Of a DNA stretch of 32,000 nucleotides, positions 24,726-29,706 are shown piece after piece. A program made the translations under genes and the position numbers. Below the pieces are notes generated by a model. The model was not told the origin of the DNA, made no database searches, and saw only the letters and a program-made list of their open reading frames with translations. The stretch lies in assembly GCA_963718585.1 (NCBI GenBank), contig OY970357.1:330001-362000 (forward strand), given 5' to 3'. The DNA comes from Candidatus Saccharimonadota bacterium. Its GTDB lineage: Bacteria; Patescibacteriota; Patescibacteriia; 2-12-FULL-60-25. Numbering within the stretch: the first letter of the stretch is position 1; every line of letters begins with the position of its first letter.

Positions 24726-25136
24726 ATGACAGATCAGGATGGATTAGAGAAACTCAAAACACAGATCCGGCGGCTTCATGCGCGCGTTATCGAGTCGGCA
24801 GACTCTGAGCATGTCGCGCTGTGGCACCATCTCATCAGCATGGCGTTCACGGCCGGATCGAGGAAATCCGAAGAGAAGCGGTGCTTCATGGAGGTACGAT
24901 CCGAGCTTCAACGCGGCGTCTATAAGATGCGCAGCTACGCTCGAGATGTCCTGAAGTTCGCACCGTTTCCGAAGGTGCTCGAGATGTTCGGGGGTTCGGC
25001 TCCAGAGCAGCAGATCCGCAATCTGTCGGATCGTCTGGAAGGCTTCTTTCTCGAGTTGTGCGGCGACCTGACGTCGCACAGAGCGGTTCCGATGGATCCT
25101 GGTGCTGAAACGCCGACCATCGCTGCGACGGCGTAG
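24726..25136 (+). CDS. Hypothetical helical protein (136 aa)
   Basis: The ATG at 24726 has an AAGGAG SD, and a promoter and terminator flank the gene. No family recognised. Confidence 0.65.
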   Translation: MTDQDGLEKLKTQIRRLHARVIESADSEHVALWHHLISMAFTAGSRKSEEKRCFMEVRSELQRGVYKMRSYARDVLKFAPFPKVLEMFGGSAPEQQIRNLSDRLEGFFLELCGDLTSHRAVPMDPGAETPTIAATA

Positions 25137-25157
25137 TCCGCTCCTTCTGACTGTATG

Positions 25158-25188
25158 ACCGCCCAGGATGATCCCGGGCGGTTTTTTC
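25158..25188 (+). terminator. Rho-independent terminator
   Basis: ACCGCCC(A)GG (25158-25167), loop ATGATC, CCGGGCGGT (25174-25182), with the T run extending to 25187. Confidence 0.75.
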
Positions 25189-25194
25189 ATTTGC

Positions 25195-25800
25195 CTACTC
25201 CACTGGCGGCGCAGGATGCCAGATATTGATGTCCCACCAGGCCTTGGCGCTCGCAAAAAGATCGCGGACCCAAAACAGATCGATGTCTACATAGTGCTGG
25301 AGATCAGAGGTCACGCCGTAGGTGTCGATCCCCATGCGGTTGCACAGATACAGTGCACGGCCGATGTGGAACCGTTGCGTCACGACGATGGCGCTTTGGA
25401 TCCCCGCCTCCTTCGCATGTTTGCATGATTCATAGGTCCGAAATCCTTTCCCATCGATCAGGATGCGGTCACTGGGTACGTCGAGACCTTTGATGAAGGA
25501 ACGCATCACGTCGATCTCATCTGCATGGAATTGCCCATCATCACCGGTCAGATACACCCAGCTCACCTTTCCCTGCTTGTACAGCTCCGCGCCCACGCGT
25601 AAACGATCTGCCAACGCGTCTGAGGGGGTGCCGTCGCTTTTCACGCTTGCGCCGAGCACGATGGTAGCAGCCGAGGTCGGCGCCCGGTCCAGGGCGACGA
25701 TCCGATCGATGTACTGCTCCTGCACTTCGGCGACCACGGCCGCGATCATGGCGACGCCGAGGGCGACGATGGCCAGCGCGATGGTTATTTTCCGTTTCAT
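25195..25800 (-). CDS. SanA/YdcF-like DUF218 membrane-anchored protein
   Basis: N-terminal TM (ITIALAIVALGVAMIAAVV), then TIVLGASVKSDGTPSDALADRLRVGAELYKQGKV...YLTGDDG...DEIDVM...GKGFRTYES...AIVVTQRFHIGRALYLC, matching the SanA/DUF218 pattern. Confidence 0.75.
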   Translation of the reverse strand: MKRKITIALAIVALGVAMIAAVVAEVQEQYIDRIVALDRAPTSAATIVLGASVKSDGTPSDALADRLRVGAELYKQGKVSWVYLTGDDGQFHADEIDVMRSFIKGLDVPSDRILIDGKGFRTYESCKHAKEAGIQSAIVVTQRFHIGRALYLCNRMGIDTYGVTSDLQHYVDIDLFWVRDLFASAKAWWDINIWHPAPPVE

Positions 25801-26852
25801 TCGTCGAGAGAGGGTTTTTCGACCGTTTCTGGTTGAAGTCCGGCGGGATCTCCGGTGATACGGAGAACGTCTTTGTCGATCTTCCCCAGTTCTTTTCCGG
25901 CGAGATTGTATTGATTGACGGTCGTGCTCAAATTCTTTCCGACGCTGCGAAAGTACTGATCATATGCGGACAAGTGTCGTCCGAGATCGGTCACGCGCGT
26001 GCGGATCTCCTTGGCCTGCTCTTCGATCTTGAGCGCCCGAAGTCCCTGTAAGACCGTTTGCAGATATGCGAGAAAAGACGTCGGAGAGACGATGATCACA
26101 TGGTACTTCCCTGCTGCGCGCTGGATGAGACTTTCGGTATCTTCCGCGACCGCGCCGATCTTGTTGATGAGCAGGTCGTAATAGATCGCTTCGTGCGGAA
26201 TGAACATGAAGGCGAAATCCATCGTCCCCTCTTGCGGCCGGATGTACTTGGAAGTCTCCTTCACGCGTTCCTTGAGATCGTTGACGAACGTCCGTTCCAA
26301 CTTTTCCCTTTCCGTCGGGTTCTGTTCCTCGATGATACGGTTGTAGTTCTCCAGGCTGAATTTGGAATCCACAGGTACGATCTTGTCCTTGATGAATACG
26401 GCCGCGTCCACGATCTCTCCGTCTTTGAATGCGTATTGCATCTGGAAGCTGTCCGGAGGGAGGATGTTCTTCAGGAGCGTCTCTAGGTAATACTCGCCGA
26501 GGATGCCGCGCTGTTTGGGGTTCTTGAGCATGTCCTGCAGGCTCTGGAGCTGGGCCGTCACATCGAGGACCTGTTTGGAGGTTTCTTCCATACGGGTGAG
26601 CTTTTCGGTCACGTCGCGGACGATATTCGATGATGCCGCGAATTGTTGGCGGACGGCTTGATGCGTCTCCCCCATTCGATCCCCGATCTCCTTTTGGAGT
26701 TGGGCGATCTGGTTCTGTAATAAGACAAGGCCTTGACGGTCGGCTGGATCTTCCGTAGATTTGAGCCGCTTGACCGAACGCGCGAGCCACAGGACAGCTC
26801 CGATGAGCCCCACGATAAGGATGGCGATCAGGATCAAGAATCCTTGGTTCAT
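25797..26852 (-). CDS. rmuC: DNA recombination protein RmuC
   Basis: N-terminal TM, a long coiled-coil, then the RmuC nuclease-like core (PDSFQMQYAF...VDAAVFIKDKIVPVDSKFSLENY, DFAFMFIPHEAIYY, YHVIIVSPTSFLAYLQTV). ATGA overlap with the sanA-like start. Start set at the ATG at 26852 (MNQGFLILIA). Confidence 0.85.
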   Translation of the reverse strand: MNQGFLILIAILIVGLIGAVLWLARSVKRLKSTEDPADRQGLVLLQNQIAQLQKEIGDRMGETHQAVRQQFAASSNIVRDVTEKLTRMEETSKQVLDVTAQLQSLQDMLKNPKQRGILGEYYLETLLKNILPPDSFQMQYAFKDGEIVDAAVFIKDKIVPVDSKFSLENYNRIIEEQNPTEREKLERTFVNDLKERVKETSKYIRPQEGTMDFAFMFIPHEAIYYDLLINKIGAVAEDTESLIQRAAGKYHVIIVSPTSFLAYLQTVLQGLRALKIEEQAKEIRTRVTDLGRHLSAYDQYFRSVGKNLSTTVNQYNLAGKELGKIDKDVLRITGDPAGLQPETVEKPSLDE

Positions 26853-26963
26853 ATGGGGTCTAGCCTGCCACGGGCGCACGCTGCGGGCAACGGTCAGGAC
26901 CCCCCTTCCCATCCGCCCCGACTATCTGATATCTTTTCTTCCAACATAATCACCCTTACCCAT

Positions 26964-27281
26964 ATGATGGTCTCCTTTCTTCTCCCCGACGACGAATTTG
27001 ACGAAGAGCCGGAAGATGAGCTCGCTTCATCCGGCATGCATTTCACTGAAGGCAGTGATGATGATGTCGATGATGACAGCGTCGTCGTAGACGCCGAAGT
27101 GCCTGAAGAGGTCGATGTTGCCGTAGATGATGATGAGGATGATGAGGAGGATGAGGAGGATGAGGATGATGAGGAGGATGAGGATGAAGATGATATCCCG
27201 GACGGTCTCGAAGAGCTCGAAGAGCTCGAGCGGAAGGTCTCGGAAGAACCCACGTTCAACGGTCTCGACGACGAGGAATAG
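26964..27281 (+). CDS. Small, extremely acidic protein (105 aa) with a 23-residue uninterrupted D/E run
   Basis: MMVSFLLPDDEFDEEPEDE...DDDEDDEEDEEDEDDEEDEDEDD...LEELEELERK. Followed by a strong terminator. No SD. Coding status is supported mainly by the terminator and by the implausibility of the opposite-strand poly-Ser ORF. Confidence 0.5.
   Translation: MMVSFLLPDDEFDEEPEDELASSGMHFTEGSDDDVDDDSVVVDAEVPEEVDVAVDDDEDDEEDEEDEDDEEDEDEDDIPDGLEELEELERKVSEEPTFNGLDDEE
27126..27194 (+). repeat. Imperfect GAK-codon (GAT/GAG/GAA) trinucleotide repeat, 23 units
   Basis: GATGATGATGAGGATGATGAGGAGGATGAGGAGGATGAGGATGATGAGGAGGATGAGGATGAAGATGAT, in frame with the acidic ORF. Confidence 0.9.
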
Positions 27282-27300
27282 GCTGTCAGACGTGAGTGCG

Positions 27301-27324
27301 AAAAGCGGGTCTCCCCGCTTTTTT
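27301..27324. terminator. Bidirectional Rho-independent terminator between the acidic ORF and dedA
   Basis: AAAAGCGGG (27301-27309), loop TCTC, CCCGCTTTT, with the T run extending to 27324. Confidence 0.8.
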
Positions 27325-27343
27325 CTTCTGTTCAGATCACCCC

Positions 27344-27952
27344 TTACCCCTTCCGCGCCTCTTTCCAATGGAACCAGGCGTAGCCAAGCACTGCGCCGAG
27401 GATCAGCGCGATGATCGCGACGTTGAATCTTTCCCAATAGGGTTGGAGTGACGCCCAGTTCTCCCCCATCTTCACGCCGAGGAAGATCAAGGCGTAGGAC
27501 CAGATCCAGGATCCTAGAAAGCTCAGGAGGGCGAAGGCCCAGAACGGCGCTTCCCACACCCCGGCAATGAACGAGATGAAGGTTCGGACGATGGGGAGGA
27601 GTCGCGAGAAGAACGCCGTCGAGTCGCCGTATTTTCGCATCCATCGGTCACCAAGCGCGATCTCGCGGTGGCTCAGGAAGAACCACTTTCCATATCGATC
27701 CAAAAACGGTCGTCCGAGTTTCCGTCCCAGCCAATACGACGGTATGGAGCCCGCCAGACAGCCGAACGCCCCGGCAAGGGCGGCGACGTGGAAGTTGAGC
27801 TGGCCTTGAGAGACGAGATACCCGGCAAACGGAAGAGTGACCTCGCTGGGGATCGGGATGTTCGCTGATTCCAGAGCCATCAGTACGACGATCCCGGTAT
27901 AGCCGAATGCGCTGATGTTATTGATGATCCAAGATCCGATCATGCTGGACAT
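27344..27952 (-). CDS. dedA: DedA family (SNARE-associated/VTT domain) membrane protein
   Basis: GYTGIVVLMALESANIPIPSEVTLPFAGYL, YGKWFFLSHREI, FFSRLLPIVRTFISFIAGV. This is the classic DedA signature. Confidence 0.85.
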   Translation of the reverse strand: MSSMIGSWIINNISAFGYTGIVVLMALESANIPIPSEVTLPFAGYLVSQGQLNFHVAALAGAFGCLAGSIPSYWLGRKLGRPFLDRYGKWFFLSHREIALGDRWMRKYGDSTAFFSRLLPIVRTFISFIAGVWEAPFWAFALLSFLGSWIWSYALIFLGVKMGENWASLQPYWERFNVAIIALILGAVLGYAWFHWKEARKG

Positions 27953-27953
27953 A

Positions 27954-28622
27954 TCAACGGTGACGGAGTGGGGCGAGATTCAAGAGGATCTCCTGTCTAC
28001 GGACCGCGCCAGCCGGAATGAGTGCGTGCCAGATATTTGGGGCGATGTATCGGATCGTGAATGCGAGCGCGACCCACCAGACAAGGCTCACAAGGGCCCA
28101 GATGCGGCGATGGCGGGCGCAATAGGCCATTCCGGCGCCGAAACCGAAGACCGGAAGGGCGAGGCTCACGACCCAGTCATTCCGATCCATGGCAGAGAGA
28201 TCCGCGTTGCGCCCGAGATGCAGGAGGGCCGCTAGTCGGAGGAGAAGCGGGAAGATGAATAGCGTGGCCAAGATGAGGACGACCTGTTGGCTCCCAAGGG
28301 CGAAAAGCGCATCCGTCAAATGGGTCGCTTGTGCGTGCGTCAGGAGGGACCGCACGACGAACGGGAGCGAGACGAATGCGCCAAAGATCGGGGTGAATAG
28401 GATCCAGAAGGCCCATCGTTTCCAGATGTACCAGTACCAGACCGCGGTGCTCGGATTCACGAACATGGATCCGGCCCAGAACAACCGTTGTTTAACGCTT
28501 GATTTAGGCGTGCTGGCCGCATGGATGATCGCCCAGAGCCAGAATCCGACGTAGATGCCCACGGACACGCTGAACAGGGTGTCGAAGAAGAGGTCGCGAT
28601 CCAGGGCCAGACCAAAGAGCAT
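27954..28622 (-). CDS. Hypothetical polytopic membrane protein (about 6-7 TM), Trp-rich
   Basis: 222 aa, translationally coupled on both sides (3 nt after the cobO stop; its stop is 1 nt before the dedA ATG). No family recognised. Confidence 0.7.
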   Translation of the reverse strand: MLFGLALDRDLFFDTLFSVSVGIYVGFWLWAIIHAASTPKSSVKQRLFWAGSMFVNPSTAVWYWYIWKRWAFWILFTPIFGAFVSLPFVVRSLLTHAQATHLTDALFALGSQQVVLILATLFIFPLLLRLAALLHLGRNADLSAMDRNDWVVSLALPVFGFGAGMAYCARHRRIWALVSLVWWVALAFTIRYIAPNIWHALIPAGAVRRQEILLNLAPLRHR

Positions 28623-28625
28623 AGG

Positions 28626-29195
28626 TCAAAAGTCGAGCCCTTCACGGGCCGGTTCGCCTTGATAGAAATAATGTTTGACGATCCGCATCTCGGTCACAAG
28701 ATCCGCCCCTTCGATGAGGGAGTCCGGTGCTTTTCGGCCGGTGATGATAAGTTCGATGTCGTCGGGTTTGGCGCGAAGGGTCTCCAGCGCGGATGCTTCC
28801 GAGACGATCCCGAGAGAGATGCACGAGTTCAGTTCGTCGAGAATGATGAGGTCGTGTGCATGTTTCTCAAAAAGATCACGAACGATCTGCAGTCCCCGCT
28901 CCCCTTCCGTCTTGTCCTCTACCGTGACGCCGAAGCGGAACAGATTCGTCTTTGGATCGATCCGATCAAGGCCAGTGACAAAATATTGGATCTCTGGGAT
29001 CCGTTCACGAACGAGCGTGCGTTCGGAATAGTGAGCCTCTCCCCCTTTATCAAACGCGACGATGGCCACGCGCTTTCCCTTGGCAGCCGCGCGGATCGCG
29101 GTCCCGAGAGCGGCGGTCGTCTTCCCCTTTCCGTCACCGGTGAAGACTTGGACCATCCCCCAGCGAGGAGTGGCCGTGCGGACGGACTGGGTCAT
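28626..29195 (-). CDS. cobO: Cob(I)yrinic acid a,c-diamide / cob(I)alamin adenosyltransferase (CobA/CobO/BtuR type)
   Basis: VFTGDGKGKTTAALGTAIRAAAKGKRVAIVAFDKG (P-loop), IILDELN, LIITGRKAP, VTEM....KHYFYQGEPAREGLDF. Confidence 0.85.
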   Translation of the reverse strand: MTQSVRTATPRWGMVQVFTGDGKGKTTAALGTAIRAAAKGKRVAIVAFDKGGEAHYSERTLVRERIPEIQYFVTGLDRIDPKTNLFRFGVTVEDKTEGERGLQIVRDLFEKHAHDLIILDELNSCISLGIVSEASALETLRAKPDDIELIITGRKAPDSLIEGADLVTEMRIVKHYFYQGEPAREGLDF

Positions 29196-29200
29196 GCGTG

Positions 29201-29584
29201 TTAGTGAGGGAGCTTGAGATCAAGCATGTTGATCCCCATGGCATCGAGCTCCTCGGCGTACGGGAGGCGCGCGTCCCATTTGGCGAGCGAGAACAGCGGT
29301 TTGCCAAGCGACATTCCCATACCAAGCTGGAGAAAGGTGTTGGGACCGATATACCCCTGCATTCCGCCGCGTGGGCGGTCATTGACCGCAAGGATCGCCT
29401 CGCATTTGCCGATCTGATCGAACATGCCCTTCATGAACTCCTTCTTTGCCTGCATGCGCTCGGTCGGACGGCGATCCGACATATCGAGCGGTTCCATGAC
29501 CGCATGGCCTTGTTGGCGGAGTTCTCGACTGATCTCCTGGATACGGTCAAGGTCTCGCATGGATCCGACGACGCAGAGATTCAT
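29201..29584 (-). CDS. Nucleoside 2-deoxyribosyltransferase-like (flavodoxin-like fold) protein
   Basis: 127 aa. CVVGSMRD...GHAVMEP...CEAILAVNDRPRGGMQGYIGPNTFLQLGMGMSLGKPLFSL follows the NDT-superfamily layout (early beta-strand, late G-x-N/G-T-x-x-E/Q-L-G...GKP). Weak assignment from memory. Confidence 0.4.
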   Translation of the reverse strand: MNLCVVGSMRDLDRIQEISRELRQQGHAVMEPLDMSDRRPTERMQAKKEFMKGMFDQIGKCEAILAVNDRPRGGMQGYIGPNTFLQLGMGMSLGKPLFSLAKWDARLPYAEELDAMGINMLDLKLPH

Positions 29585-29622
29585 AGGGATGTGAGTGGGA
29601 AGTGAGGAGTGGGATCAAGGGT

Positions 29623-29651
29623 AGGATAGCGTGCGAGCAGGAGGCGGGCAA
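29623..29651 (-). promoter_or_regulatory. Candidate promoter for the NDT-like/cobO/membrane/dedA operon (TTGCCC-17-TATCCT)
   Basis: On the minus strand, TTGCCC is the complement of 29646-29651 and TATCCT the complement of 29623-29628, with a 17-nt spacer. A 38-nt pyrimidine-rich leader follows, with no SD before the ATG at 29584. Confidence 0.35.
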
Positions 29652-29655
29652 CCAG

Positions 29656-29684
29656 ACCAAAACGGCGGGCATGCCCCGCCGTTT
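29656..29684 (-). terminator. Hairpin terminator after nrdJ
   Basis: AAACGGCGGG (29660-29669), loop CATGC, CCCGCCGTTT (29675-29684). On the minus strand the stem ends in UUUU followed by GG, so the U tract is short. Confidence 0.45.
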
Positions 29685-29706
29685 GGCCGTATTCAGCGCT
29701 TTTTGA

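Noticed and set aside
26894-27259. Minus-strand ORF encoding a poly-Ser protein (SSSSSSS...) opposite the acidic ORF.
   Set aside because: It is the mirror image of the GAK repeat. It has no terminator or start signals. The plus-strand reading ends at a strong terminator and yields a more protein-like N- and C-terminus.
29585-29706. Cobalamin riboswitch upstream of the cobO operon or downstream of nrdJ.
   Set aside because: Only 122 bp are available. They are occupied by the nrdJ hairpin, a promoter-like element and a pyrimidine-rich leader. I could not find a B12-box-like conserved core.
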